Origin: Eubacteriales bacterium
GTDB taxonomy: Bacteria; Bacillota; Clostridia; Oscillospirales; CAG-272
Reading direction: 5' to 3'
NCBI GenBank assembly: GCA_045580835.1
Contig: JAZNOM010000091.1
Coordinates: 1,552 to 65,551, forward strand
DNA: 64,000 nucleotides
Shown here: one piece after another, positions 35,729-46,202 of the stretch
Layout of the letters: each line of letters begins with the position of its first letter
How positions within the stretch are numbered: the first letter of the stretch is position 1
Program-made: the position numbers and the translations under genes
The notes under the pieces: model-generated
What the model was told of the DNA's origin: nothing
What the model saw: the letters and a program-made list of their open reading frames with translations, nothing else
The model's database searches: none

Positions 35729-37129
35729 TTATTTCTTATTAGCTTTACGCTTTTTCTCGTAATTCTTGAGAATATCTCTCGCTTCGCCAAAGAGCGGGAA
35801 GAGCGCCATAGCATTGAAGATAGTCATAAGCGCGATGCCGATATCGCCGATTGTCCAAACAAGTTTATAAGACGCGAGACCGCCGATAAAGAGCATTGCA
35901 AGTGCAAAAATCTTAAATATAGTCTGCGGAAGCATCTTGTCGCCGAAAAGATAAGACACATTTGAACGAGCATAAAAAAGCACTCCGATAAACGTAGAGA
36001 ATGCGAAAAGCCAAAGCGTGATTGCAATGAATATACCGCCGAATGTTCCGAGGTGATACACCATAGCATTATAAAGCAGAGTCATACCGCTGAGTCCTGC
36101 AGTGATGCTTTCGGGAACGAGCAGTACGACAAAAGCGGTGCAGCTGCAAATAATAATGGTATCAATGTACACACCGAGCGACTGGGTGAGACCGATTTTT
36201 GCAGGGTCATCGGTTTCGGCAGTGGCAGCCGCGCAGGGAGCCGAGCCGGAGCCAGCTTCGTTTGAGAAAAGTCCGCGCTGAACACCCATCATAATAGCGG
36301 TTCCGAGTGTACCGCCGGCAAACTCTCGAAGTCCGAACGCCTCGGCAAAAATTCTGCCGAACACACCGGGGACAAGCGCAAAATTCTTAACGAGAATTAT
36401 AATTGTAATAACGAAATAGCAAGCCGCCATAATAGGTACTACGATGTCAAGCACCTTAACGGTTGCTTTTTTGCGAAGCACGATAACGGCAGAAACTGCA
36501 ACGAGAACAACGATTGTATAAATAGGCTTGATACTGAAAGCATTATAGAATACCTCGGTTACGGAATTGCCTACAACCTGGCTGATGCCGCTCCAGCAAA
36601 TAAGTCCAGAAATTGCAAACAAAACCGCAATTATCGAATACTTAAGCTTACGCTGTGCAATTCTTTCCGCAAGTGCGTGAATGTAATATGCAGGTCCACC
36701 CTTATAACCGCCGTAAAGAGGGTCTTCTCTCTTATATTTCTGTGCCAGAACAGACTCAACAAACGAAGATGAAGAACCGACAAGTGCGGTAACCCACATC
36801 CAGAACACTGCGCCTGCTCCGCCTACGGTAATTGCGGCAACAACGCCTGCAAGATTACCCATGCCTACGCGCGTAGCGGTGGACACAACAAGTGCCTGCC
36901 AGCCGGAAAGCGCCTGCTTATCATTTTTCTTTTCGTTGCTTGTGACAGTCTTTATCATATCGGGGAAAAGACGCACGGGGAAGAACTTAAGTCCCACAGT
37001 GAAATAAATTCCCATAAATATGAGGAGGATTACAAGTACCGAAAGCTCAATTGTAACATTTCCAAGCGGTATCTTCAATGCAGGTCCGCTGAAGATGTTG
37101 TTAACAAAATTAACGATTTTTTCAAACAT
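35729..37129 (-). CDS. Alanine/glycine:cation symporter (AGCS family)
   Basis: RVGMGNLAGV, GGAGAVFWMW, GGPAYYI, RGLFSNEAGSGS and GVYIDT. Start could be 37138. Confidence 0.92.
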   Translation of the reverse strand: MFEKIVNFVNNIFSGPALKIPLGNVTIELSVLVILLIFMGIYFTVGLKFFPVRLFPDMIKTVTSNEKKNDKQALSGWQALVVSTATRVGMGNLAGVVAAITVGGAGAVFWMWVTALVGSSSSFVESVLAQKYKREDPLYGGYKGGPAYYIHALAERIAQRKLKYSIIAVLFAISGLICWSGISQVVGNSVTEVFYNAFSIKPIYTIVVLVAVSAVIVLRKKATVKVLDIVVPIMAACYFVITIIILVKNFALVPGVFGRIFAEAFGLREFAGGTLGTAIMMGVQRGLFSNEAGSGSAPCAAATAETDDPAKIGLTQSLGVYIDTIIICSCTAFVVLLVPESITAGLSGMTLLYNAMVYHLGTFGGIFIAITLWLFAFSTFIGVLFYARSNVSYLFGDKMLPQTIFKIFALAMLFIGGLASYKLVWTIGDIGIALMTIFNAMALFPLFGEARDILKNYEKKRKANKK

Positions 37130-37454
37130 ATCATCCATATCCTTTTTATGTATTTTGGGCGGTATGCCACTGACCATTGTACCATAGATTTCCAAAAAAG
37201 CAACCTTTTTGAATTTTTTTGTGCAACATTGTCATTTTTACAAGTTTTAGTAAAAAAACTCCGCGATATCCCCATATCAAAGGACATTCTTTAAGAAAAA
37301 TTCCGTATAAAGCATGCAAATTCGCCTTTTTTAGCATGTTTTATACATAAAAACAAACGGATGGTGAAATATTTTCAATTTTTTACAGCATTTTATATCT
37401 TTTTATGATATAATATATATGTTATAATATAATGTAAACTAATAGGAGTTCAAC

Positions 37455-37910
37455 ATGGCACAGGATTATAAGATTATCAACATCTACATTGATAAAAACA
37501 AAGCCCTGTACGGTGCGCCGTTCGGTCCGTCTGAAAAATACGGCAAGCGCCCCATTGACCGCTTGTTTTTATTGATGCCCGGTTACTCGGATGAAATGCT
37601 TTGCGACTTTGTCAACCGTCTGTTTGACAAGTGCGACAGCGAGGATGCGCGTGACGATATGCCGCCAAGCATTCAAACCTATCTTAAAGCTCGCTCATAC
37701 AGTGAGGCTATCAAAAATCTCGGTTTGCTTGTAGGCTTTTACGCAGAGGGAGAAGGCTTTGCCTTTACCCCAACCGAAAACGTTGCAAAAAAAGGATTTG
37801 TAATGCTTGACAACAAAGTTTTTGAGCTTCGCCCCAACTGCACAAGAAAAGAAATGGCAAATGCTTTAAACAAGGCTCTCAAGAGTGTTCATGTCGGTCA
37901 GGTTGAGTAA
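37455..37910 (+). CDS. Hypothetical protein, possibly CdiI/DUF1436-like immunity fold
   Basis: 151 aa with AGGAG RBS. The C-terminal pattern SYSEAIK...FTPT...KGF...L.PN.T..EMANAL.KAL recalls CdiI-type proteins. Confidence 0.55.
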   Translation: MAQDYKIINIYIDKNKALYGAPFGPSEKYGKRPIDRLFLLMPGYSDEMLCDFVNRLFDKCDSEDARDDMPPSIQTYLKARSYSEAIKNLGLLVGFYAEGEGFAFTPTENVAKKGFVMLDNKVFELRPNCTRKEMANALNKALKSVHVGQVE

Positions 37911-37967
37911 ATCAGAGCACCATTATTCAAAATAATATTTATATATAAAATCGTGGAGGTAAGGATT

Positions 37968-39155
37968 ATGAATCAGAAGAGAAAAGAATGTGTCGCCATG
38001 CTGCTTGCAGGCGGCCAAGGCTCTCGCTTGTACGCACTAACCAAGTCCACCGCAAAGCCCGCGGTAACCTTTGGCGGTAAGTACCGCATTATAGACTTCC
38101 CCCTCTCAAACTGCATCAATTCGGGTATTGACACCGTAGGCGTTCTTACCCAGTATCAGCCGCTCGTGCTCAATGATTACGTAGGTAACGGTCTTCCCTG
38201 GGATCTCGACCGTACATACGGCGGCGTAAAGATTCTCCCCCCGTATCAGGGACAGAAAAAGGCTGACTGGTATAAAGGTACTGCAAACGCAATTTACCAG
38301 AATCTTGCGTTTATCAATCAGTATGACCCCGAATACGTTATCATCCTTTCAGGCGACCACATTTACCGTATGGATTATGACGCAATGCTTCGCTATCACA
38401 AGAAAAAGGACGCTGCCTGCACTATCGCAGTGCTTGAAGTTCCGATTGAAGAAGCAAGCCGCTTCGGTATTCTGACAACTCATGAAGACGGTCAGATTTA
38501 CAAGTTTACCGAAAAGCCCAAGGAACCCGATTCAACCAAGGCTTCTATGGGTATCTATATCTTTAACAAGAAGGCACTTGAACAGTACCTCATCGCAGAC
38601 GAGGCAGATGAAAACTCTTCCAACGACTTTGGCAAGAACATCATCCCCAACATGCTGAATGCAGGTGAAAGAATGTTTGCGTTCCCGTTTGAGGGCTATT
38701 GGAAAGACGTTGGAACTATCGACTCGCTTTGGCAGGCAAACATGGACCTCCTCGGTGAGAATCCTGAGTTCTCCATGAATGAAGAGTCCAAGGGCAGAAT
38801 TTTCTCCCGTACCACAGTTTCTCCTCCGCAGTATGTAGGCAAGGGCGCGATGATTCTCAACTCTATCATCACCGACGGCTGTAAGATTCACGGCACTGTT
38901 ATTAACTCCGTGCTTTCAAGCGGTGTTACCGTTGAAGCCGGCGCAGTTGTAAAAGACAGCGTTATCATGGCAAACACCTATATCGGCAAGGATGCAACCG
39001 TTGATTACTCCATCCTCGATGAAAACATTACTGTTGAAACAGGCGCAAAAGTAGGCGAGCCTAAAGAAAGTGCTAAAGGCATTGCCGTTATCGGAAACGG
39101 TCTTAAGGTTGCGGCAGGTACAACCGTTGAAGCCGGCGCGATGATTCAGGAATAA
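37968..39155 (+). CDS. glgC: Glucose-1-phosphate adenylyltransferase
   Basis: [35 protein letters not shown] and YWKDVGT. Confidence 0.97.
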   Translation: MNQKRKECVAMLLAGGQGSRLYALTKSTAKPAVTFGGKYRIIDFPLSNCINSGIDTVGVLTQYQPLVLNDYVGNGLPWDLDRTYGGVKILPPYQGQKKADWYKGTANAIYQNLAFINQYDPEYVIILSGDHIYRMDYDAMLRYHKKKDAACTIAVLEVPIEEASRFGILTTHEDGQIYKFTEKPKEPDSTKASMGIYIFNKKALEQYLIADEADENSSNDFGKNIIPNMLNAGERMFAFPFEGYWKDVGTIDSLWQANMDLLGENPEFSMNEESKGRIFSRTTVSPPQYVGKGAMILNSIITDGCKIHGTVINSVLSSGVTVEAGAVVKDSVIMANTYIGKDATVDYSILDENITVETGAKVGEPKESAKGIAVIGNGLKVAAGTTVEAGAMIQE

Positions 39156-39168
39156 GGAGGATTTGACG

Positions 39169-40302
39169 ATGAATGCAATTGGATTGATTTTTTCTAACAT
39201 ACATGACTATGTAGTACCCGAACTCACACGTCACCGTGCTATCGCTTCTATCCCCTTTGGCGGCAGATACCGCATGATCGACTTTGAGCTTTCAAACATG
39301 GTTAACTCCGATATCACAAAGGTCGGCGTTATCACAAACTACAATTACCAGTCGCTGATGGACCACATCGGCACCGGTAAGGACTGGGACCTTGCTCGCC
39401 GCAGTGGCGGTATTAAGCTTCTCCCTCCCTTTATTTCTTCTTATGACTCTGCAAAGGGCGAGGCACTTCACACTGCCCGTCTTGAACTTCTCAAGGGCGC
39501 TCTCAATTTTATCGAACGCTCTAAAGAAGAGTATGTCGTTATGACCGACTGTGACCGCGTTTGCACAATCGACTATCAGAAGATAATGGACCGTCACATT
39601 GAGTCACGTGCAGACATCACCATAGTTACTCACCGCAAAAAGGTAACCGACGAGGGTATCGGCAAGGAAATCCTTATTGACGCAGACATGCTTGGCAGAA
39701 TTGAAGATATTTCTGAGCACACCGCTGCTGACGACGGATATCACAACGTTTCAATGAACATCTTTGTTATGAAGCGTTTGTACCTCCTCAACATCATCCG
39801 CGACGCTATGGCTCACGGATATAAGAGCTTCTACCACGATATCATCAGCAAGAACACCATGCACTCCGAGTATTACATCTACAATTTCGAGGGCTATTCC
39901 GCTACTGTAAACTCACTTGCTTCGTTCTTCGCTTCAAACATGGACCTCCTCAAGAGCGAGGTTCGCGCAGAGCTTTTTGAAACTCAATATCACCCCGTTT
40001 ATACAAAGGTACGCAGCTCTGCTCCTACCAAATACCGTGCGGGCGCAATGGTTTCAAACTCGCTTATCGCTGACGGCTGTATCATCGAGGGCACTGTTGA
40101 AAACTCCATTATTTTCCGTGGAGTTACGGTTGCTCGCGGCACGGTTATCAAAAATTCTATCATTATGCAGGACTCCATCATCGGCAAGGACGTTGCACTC
40201 AACTGCGTAATTGCGGACAAGAACACCGTTATCCGTGACGGCAGAAAGCTCTCCGGACACGAAACACTCCCCTTCTTTATTGACAAAGGAGTTATAATAT
40301 GA
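39169..40302 (+). CDS. glgD: Glucose-1-phosphate adenylyltransferase subunit GlgD
   Basis: LT.HR.IASIPFGGRYRMIDF, GKDWDL.R; follows glgC. Confidence 0.94.
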   Translation: MNAIGLIFSNIHDYVVPELTRHRAIASIPFGGRYRMIDFELSNMVNSDITKVGVITNYNYQSLMDHIGTGKDWDLARRSGGIKLLPPFISSYDSAKGEALHTARLELLKGALNFIERSKEEYVVMTDCDRVCTIDYQKIMDRHIESRADITIVTHRKKVTDEGIGKEILIDADMLGRIEDISEHTAADDGYHNVSMNIFVMKRLYLLNIIRDAMAHGYKSFYHDIISKNTMHSEYYIYNFEGYSATVNSLASFFASNMDLLKSEVRAELFETQYHPVYTKVRSSAPTKYRAGAMVSNSLIADGCIIEGTVENSIIFRGVTVARGTVIKNSIIMQDSIIGKDVALNCVIADKNTVIRDGRKLSGHETLPFFIDKGVII

Positions 40303-41741
40303 GAAAGATACTTTTTGTAGGTGCTGAAGCACTTCCCTTTGCTGCTACCGGCGGCCTTGGCGATGTAATGGGTTCACTCCCCGCAGAAATTCAAAAGGCA
40401 GGCGGCGAAAACGTTGACGTTCGCGTAATCATGCCCCTTTACAAAGCAGTGTCCAACGAGTGGCGTGCACAGATGGAAACAGTATATGAAAGTTCCGTTT
40501 ACCTAGGTTGGCGACAGCTTTACGTTGGTATCCGCAAGCTTGCGTACAAGGGTGTTACCTACTACTTTGTTGACAACGAGCAGTATTTCGGCAGAGAGGG
40601 CAAACTCTACGGTCACTACGATGACGCAGAGAGATATGCATACTTCTGCGAAGCGGTACTTAGCTGCCTTCCCTACATCGACTTTGTTCCCGATGTGCTT
40701 CACGCACACGACTGGCAGGCGGCACTTGCCGTAGTTTACCTCAAAGTAAAATATCAGCACGATTGGCGTTATGATAGAGTAAGAAGCGTATTTACAATCC
40801 ATAATATAGAGTACCAGGGCAAATACGACCCGTATATTCTCGGCAGCACCTTTGGTCTTGGCAACGAGCACCTAGGTCTTATGTGCTACGACGGCTGCAT
40901 CAACCTTATGAAAGCAGCTATCGAAGTATCCGACCTTGTTTCAACCGTCAGCCCGAAGTACGCAACCGAAATTATGGATCCGACCTACGCTCACGGACTT
41001 CATTATCAGCTTATCAAGGAGCATCTCAAAGTGCGCGGCATCTTAAACGGTATTGACTACGATTTGTACAATCCCGAAACCGATACCGTTATTGCTTCTC
41101 CGTTCACTTCGAGAGCGCTTTCGAAGAAAGCTGCAAACAAAAAGGAACTCCAGAAAGAACTCGGACTCCCCGTGCGCGATGACGTTCCGATGCTTGCGCT
41201 TATTTCCCGTCTTGTTTCCCATAAGGGACTTGACCTTTTCACCCCTATTGCCGACAAACTGCTTGAAGATGACATTCAGATAGTAGTGCTTGGAATGGGC
41301 GATGAATCGTATGAGAGCTTTATGCGTGACCTTGAAGCGCGTCATCCCGATAAAATGCGTGCGCTTATCCTCTACAACCGTGATACCTCAAAGAAGATTT
41401 ACGCAGCGTGCGACATCTTCCTTATGCCTTCCAAGAGCGAGCCCTGCGGTCTTTCGCAGATGATAGCTTCAAGATACGGTGCTATACCGGTAGTTCGTGA
41501 GACCGGCGGTCTTTACGACTCTATCAAGCCCTACTACGAAGCTGACGGCGAAATATACGGCAACGGCTTTACCTTTGCAAATTACTACCACGGCGAGCTT
41601 TACGAGCGTACCAATGCCGCTATAGAGCTTTGGCGCGACAAGGCTGCCCGCAAAAAGCTTGTAACCAAGATTATGAAAACCGACTTTTCTTGGGGCGCAT
41701 CAGCAAAGAAATACATTGAAATGTATAATGAGCTTTTCTAA
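40299..41741 (+). CDS. glgA: Glycogen synthase
   Basis: TGGLGDV, HAHDWQ, FTIHNIEYQG, EPCGLSQM and RETGGL. Confidence 0.96.
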   Translation: MRKILFVGAEALPFAATGGLGDVMGSLPAEIQKAGGENVDVRVIMPLYKAVSNEWRAQMETVYESSVYLGWRQLYVGIRKLAYKGVTYYFVDNEQYFGREGKLYGHYDDAERYAYFCEAVLSCLPYIDFVPDVLHAHDWQAALAVVYLKVKYQHDWRYDRVRSVFTIHNIEYQGKYDPYILGSTFGLGNEHLGLMCYDGCINLMKAAIEVSDLVSTVSPKYATEIMDPTYAHGLHYQLIKEHLKVRGILNGIDYDLYNPETDTVIASPFTSRALSKKAANKKELQKELGLPVRDDVPMLALISRLVSHKGLDLFTPIADKLLEDDIQIVVLGMGDESYESFMRDLEARHPDKMRALILYNRDTSKKIYAACDIFLMPSKSEPCGLSQMIASRYGAIPVVRETGGLYDSIKPYYEADGEIYGNGFTFANYYHGELYERTNAAIELWRDKAARKKLVTKIMKTDFSWGASAKKYIEMYNELF

Positions 41742-41751
41742 AATACTATCA

Positions 41752-41779
41752 GGAATTGCCGCTTTTCGCGGCAATTCCT
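41752..41779 (+). terminator. Intergenic hairpin after glgA
   Basis: GGAATTGCCGC-TTTTC-GCGGCAATTCC. Confidence 0.55.
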
Positions 41780-41826
41780 AAAGTTATTTATATAGTTTTT
41801 ACAATTAACAAGGAGATACCCAAAAA

Positions 41827-44262
41827 ATGAGTACCAAACCCGCAGAAATCAAGGCTGTAGCCGAAAAACTTGAGCTTAAGCTTTCGCGCTATTTCGGTTG
41901 CACACCTAAAGACGCTTCGCCCGAGCAGATGTACAAGGCGACAGCAATGACCGTTAAGGACATCCTTACCGAAAAACGCAAGACCTTTAAAGACAAGGTA
42001 AATAACGCAGAAGGCAAACGCGTATATTACATGTGCATGGAATTCCTTCTCGGCCGTTCACTGAAGACTAACCTCCACAACCTCGGCGTAGTTGACGCGT
42101 ACAAAGGTGCGCTAAAAAAACTCGGCTTTGATATCGAAAGTCTGTACGAGCTTGAGCCTGACGCAGGCCTCGGCAACGGCGGTCTCGGCCGTCTTGCTGC
42201 TTGCTTTATGGACTCACTCGCTTCGCTTGATTACCCGGCTACAGGCTTTTCAATCTGCTATGAATACGGACTTTTCAAGCAAAAGATTATCGACGGCTAT
42301 CAGCTCGAGCTTCCTGACATCTGGCTCCCCGGCGGTGACGTGTGGCTTGTTCCCCGTACCGACCGTACTTTCAAGGTTAAGTTCGGCGGTCAGATTACCG
42401 AAAAATGGGTTAACGGCACCTGCGAAATCGGCTATGAAAATTACGACGAAATCGAGGCTGTTCCCTACGACATGATGATTTCAGGTGCTGACAGTGAGGG
42501 CGTTGGCAGACTCCGCCTTTGGAAAGCGCGCGACATTGTCAACTTCAACATGTCACTCTTCACACAGGGTCAGTATGCACAGGCGCTTGCAGACAGCACC
42601 AATGCAGAAACCATTTCCAAGGTGCTTTACCCCTCCGATAACCACGTTGAAGGTAAGCTCCTCCGTCTTAAGCAGCAGTACTTCCTCGTAAGTGCGTCCG
42701 TACAGAGTATTCTCCGCGACCACATGGCGGTTTACGGCACACTCGAAAACCTCCCCGACAAGGTTGCAATTCACATTAACGACACTCACCCCGCTCTCTG
42801 TATCCCCGAACTTATGCGCATCCTTGTTGATGACCACCGCTTTGATTGGGATAAGGCATGGAACATCGTTTGCCGCACCGTTTCCTATACAAACCACACC
42901 GTTCTTCCCGAGGCACTTGAAACCTGGGATGAGCAGCTTTTTGCGCTCACTCTCCCCCGTATGCACATGATCATCAAGGAAATCAACGAGCGTTTCTGCA
43001 AAGAAGCTTGGGAAAAGCTCCCTGCTAACTGGGATAAGATTTCCGGTCTTGCAATTTTGGCAAACGGCAGAGTAAGAATGGCAAACCTCGCCGTTATCGG
43101 CTCTCACCACATCAACGGCGTTTCCAAGATTCACTCCGATATTCTTGTAAACTCTGTATTCAAGGACTTCTACCGTCTGTATCCCGAGCGTTTCACTAAT
43201 GTTACAAACGGTATTGCTCATCGCCGTTGGCTCTGCTACTCCAACCCCGGTCTTACCTCTCTCATTGACGAGTGCATCGGTGAGGACTATAAGAAGAACC
43301 CGAGAGCGCTTAACAACTTCCGCAAGTTTGAAAACGACGATACGGTTCTTGCGCGTCTCGCAGAAATCAAGCACGACAACAAGGTTGCTTTTGCAAACAA
43401 GCTTAAGAGTGCGACCGGTCAGATTATCAACCCCAACTCTATCTTTGACGTTCAGATCAAGCGACTTCACGAGTACAAGCGTCAGCTTCTCACCGCGCTC
43501 AACATCATCAACACCTATCTTGAACTCAAAGAAAATCCGAACCTTGACATTATTCCGCAGACCTACCTCTTCGGCGCAAAGGCTGCTCCCGGCTACGCTA
43601 TGGCAAAGCAGATTATCAAGCTTATCTGCTACATCTCCAAGGAGATTGAAGCAGACCCCATCATCCGCGAAAAGCTCCGCGTTGTATTCCTTGAAAACTA
43701 CAGCGTAAGCATGGCTGAAGCACTTGTTCCCTCTGCCGAAATCAGCGAACAGATTTCGCTTGCAGGCAAGGAAGCAAGCGGTACCGGTTGCATGAAGCTT
43801 ATGATTAACGGTGCGCTCACCATCGGTACTTTGGACGGTGCAAATATCGAAATGCGCAAGGAAGCAGGCGAAGACAATATGTTCATCTTCGGTCTTGACT
43901 GCGACGGCGTTGACGATCTTTGGACCAAGGGCTATCACTCTCAGGATTACTACCACGCAAGTGCCGCTCTCAAGCGCACTATCGACCGTCTCTATCAGGG
44001 ATTTGCGGGTGAAAGCTTCGGCGACATCGCAAACTACCTCATTTCCGCAGGCGGCGTAGCTGACCCGTATATGTGTCTTGCAGACTTTGAGTCATACAAG
44101 GCAGAGCATGACCGCGCAATCTCCATTTATCCTAACCAGAAACTCTGGAACAAGATGTCCATTAACAATATCGCAGGTGCAGGCGAATTTGCCGCTGACC
44201 GCAGTATTGACGAATACGCAGAGCGTATTTGGAATCTTAAGAGAATGGTTAAGGGCGAATAA
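41827..44262 (+). CDS. glgP: Glycogen phosphorylase
   Basis: GLGNGGLGRLAAC, INDTHP, YTNHT, KRLHEYKRQ and EASGTGCMK. Confidence 0.97.
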   Translation: MSTKPAEIKAVAEKLELKLSRYFGCTPKDASPEQMYKATAMTVKDILTEKRKTFKDKVNNAEGKRVYYMCMEFLLGRSLKTNLHNLGVVDAYKGALKKLGFDIESLYELEPDAGLGNGGLGRLAACFMDSLASLDYPATGFSICYEYGLFKQKIIDGYQLELPDIWLPGGDVWLVPRTDRTFKVKFGGQITEKWVNGTCEIGYENYDEIEAVPYDMMISGADSEGVGRLRLWKARDIVNFNMSLFTQGQYAQALADSTNAETISKVLYPSDNHVEGKLLRLKQQYFLVSASVQSILRDHMAVYGTLENLPDKVAIHINDTHPALCIPELMRILVDDHRFDWDKAWNIVCRTVSYTNHTVLPEALETWDEQLFALTLPRMHMIIKEINERFCKEAWEKLPANWDKISGLAILANGRVRMANLAVIGSHHINGVSKIHSDILVNSVFKDFYRLYPERFTNVTNGIAHRRWLCYSNPGLTSLIDECIGEDYKKNPRALNNFRKFENDDTVLARLAEIKHDNKVAFANKLKSATGQIINPNSIFDVQIKRLHEYKRQLLTALNIINTYLELKENPNLDIIPQTYLFGAKAAPGYAMAKQIIKLICYISKEIEADPIIREKLRVVFLENYSVSMAEALVPSAEISEQISLAGKEASGTGCMKLMINGALTIGTLDGANIEMRKEAGEDNMFIFGLDCDGVDDLWTKGYHSQDYYHASAALKRTIDRLYQGFAGESFGDIANYLISAGGVADPYMCLADFESYKAEHDRAISIYPNQKLWNKMSINNIAGAGEFAADRSIDEYAERIWNLKRMVKGE

Positions 44263-44270
44263 AGTTAGTC

Positions 44271-44299
44271 TTATGCGTGCCGCAAAGCGGCACGCATAA
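44271..44299 (+). terminator. Hairpin after glgP
   Basis: TTATGCGTGCCGC-AAA-GCGGCACGCATAA. Confidence 0.6.
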
Positions 44300-44324
44300 A
44301 ATACATTTACACAATGAGGAACTT

Positions 44325-46193
44325 ATGCAAATAGCTATTGTCAAGACCGTGGACGGCAAGGATTGCTCCTTTAGCAGCGCTTTTGCAGCAAACGTAACGC
44401 CGAAAATAACTTTGCGCATTCCAAGGGCACTCAAGCTCGTTGACCCGTCTATGGTAATTTGCCGCGACGGTCAAAGGGATAAATCAATTCTTCCAATATA
44501 CGAGGGGCTTGACGGTGACGATGATATCTTCACCTTTACACTTGATTTAAAAAAGATGTGCGAAGACGAAGACGACGGACTCTTTTACTACGAGTTCCGC
44601 TTTGCCGAAAACGGCAAAACCTTATACACATCAAGTATTAATAATGTAGACTTTTATCTTTACGAGCACCCTGCGCGCCGTTTTATTCTTTTGGTTTACG
44701 AGCCTGATTTTAAAACTCCCGAAAACTATTACGGCACCACAATGTACCATGTTTTCGTTGACCGCTTTGCAAAGAGTGAAAAGAAGCTGCCCGTGCGCGA
44801 TGACGCCATTTTGCGTGAAGATTGGGACACCGGCATTCCCGAATTTGCACCCTACCCCGGCGCACCGCTTAAAAACAATCAGTTCTTCGGCGGCAGTCTT
44901 TGGGGCGTTATCGAAAAGCTTGACTATCTTGAAAGCCTTTCGGTAAACTGCTTGTACTTAAGCCCGATTTTCAAGGCGTATTCAAACCACAAGTACGACA
45001 CAGGCAACTATCTCGAAATTGACGAAATGTTTGGCGGCAAGGAGGCTTTTGACGCGCTGCTTTCCGAATGTAAAAAGCGCGGAATTAAGGTTATCCTTGA
45101 CGGCGTATTCAACCACACCGGCGACAACAGCCTTTACTTTAACCGATACGGAAATTACCCTTCTCTCGGCGCTTATCAAAGCGAAAAGTCGCCGTATTCG
45201 GATTGGTATCATTTTCTCCGTTTCCCAAACAAGTACGATTGTTGGTGGGGCATTGAAATTCTGCCTCGACTTAATCATTCGTCGCGCGAATGCAGAAACT
45301 ATTTTGTGGGCAAAAACGGTGTTTGCGAGAACTACATAAATGAAGGTATAAACGGCTGGCGGCTTGACGTTGCCGACGAGCTTTCGGATGTATTTCTCGA
45401 CTCACTCCGCGATGTTGTAAAAAAGGCTAATCCCGACGCTATCGTTATCGGAGAGGTTTGGGAAAACGCCGCTGAAAAAGTCGCCTACGGCACACGCCGC
45501 CGATACTTACGCGGCAAGCAGCTTGACAGCGTAATGAATTATCCCACAAAAAATGCGATAATCAACTTTATCAAGAGCGGCGACTGTACAATGCTTTACA
45601 ACACTGTAACCGAGCTTTATTCATGCTATCCGAAAGCGGTTTGCGACTGCCTTATGAATCTGCTTGGCACTCATGATACAGAGCGCATACTTACCGCACT
45701 TGTCGGCAGAAACGCAGAAGGGTTTTCAAACGAGGAGCTTTCCAAGGTGCGTTTGAACGATGACGAGAAAAAGTACGGTATTGCAATGCTGAAAATGGCA
45801 AGCGCGATTCAGTATACGCTTTACGGCTTTCCCTCTGTTTTCTACGGTGATGAAGCAGGTATGGAGGGTTATCGCGACCCGTTCTGCCGCATGCCGTTCC
45901 CTTGGGGCAGAGAGTGCCAAGAGCTTACCGAACATTATAAGGCGCTCGGCAAAATAAGAAAAGAGTACAGTGTTTATGCGGGCGGCGACTTTAAAGTTGT
46001 GTCGCATGACGGCGGGCTTTTTGCATTTGTGCGCAAAAACGAAAAGGAAAAGATGCTTACCGTGTGCAGCCGCGTTTCTTTCCCTGTAAAATATGAGATT
46101 GACGGAAAATGGCGCGATGCAGTTAGCGGTGACAAAGGCGAGGGCGCTGTTATGCTTGAGCCCAACACATTCCGCATTTTAGAGCTACTTTAA
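44325..46193 (+). CDS. GH13 neopullulanase/amylopullulanase-type enzyme (probable glycogen debranching role)
   Basis: SNHKYD, DGVFNH, GWRLDVA, GEVW, THD and YGDE; ATG 44325 after GAGGA. Confidence 0.9.
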   Translation: MQIAIVKTVDGKDCSFSSAFAANVTPKITLRIPRALKLVDPSMVICRDGQRDKSILPIYEGLDGDDDIFTFTLDLKKMCEDEDDGLFYYEFRFAENGKTLYTSSINNVDFYLYEHPARRFILLVYEPDFKTPENYYGTTMYHVFVDRFAKSEKKLPVRDDAILREDWDTGIPEFAPYPGAPLKNNQFFGGSLWGVIEKLDYLESLSVNCLYLSPIFKAYSNHKYDTGNYLEIDEMFGGKEAFDALLSECKKRGIKVILDGVFNHTGDNSLYFNRYGNYPSLGAYQSEKSPYSDWYHFLRFPNKYDCWWGIEILPRLNHSSRECRNYFVGKNGVCENYINEGINGWRLDVADELSDVFLDSLRDVVKKANPDAIVIGEVWENAAEKVAYGTRRRYLRGKQLDSVMNYPTKNAIINFIKSGDCTMLYNTVTELYSCYPKAVCDCLMNLLGTHDTERILTALVGRNAEGFSNEELSKVRLNDDEKKYGIAMLKMASAIQYTLYGFPSVFYGDEAGMEGYRDPFCRMPFPWGRECQELTEHYKALGKIRKEYSVYAGGDFKVVSHDGGLFAFVRKNEKEKMLTVCSRVSFPVKYEIDGKWRDAVSGDKGEGAVMLEPNTFRILELL

Positions 46194-46202
46194 GGAGCAA
46201 AA

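Noticed and set aside
37130-37330. Glycine riboswitch or T-box upstream of the AGCS symporter
   Set aside because: A promoter-like TTGCTT-N16-TACAAT lies about 45 nt from the start, leaving no room, and no aptamer motifs were seen.
42553-43956. 467-aa ORF antisense to glgP (and similar 379-aa ORF antisense to galM at 28270-29409)
   Set aside because: Same antisense codon-bias artefact.
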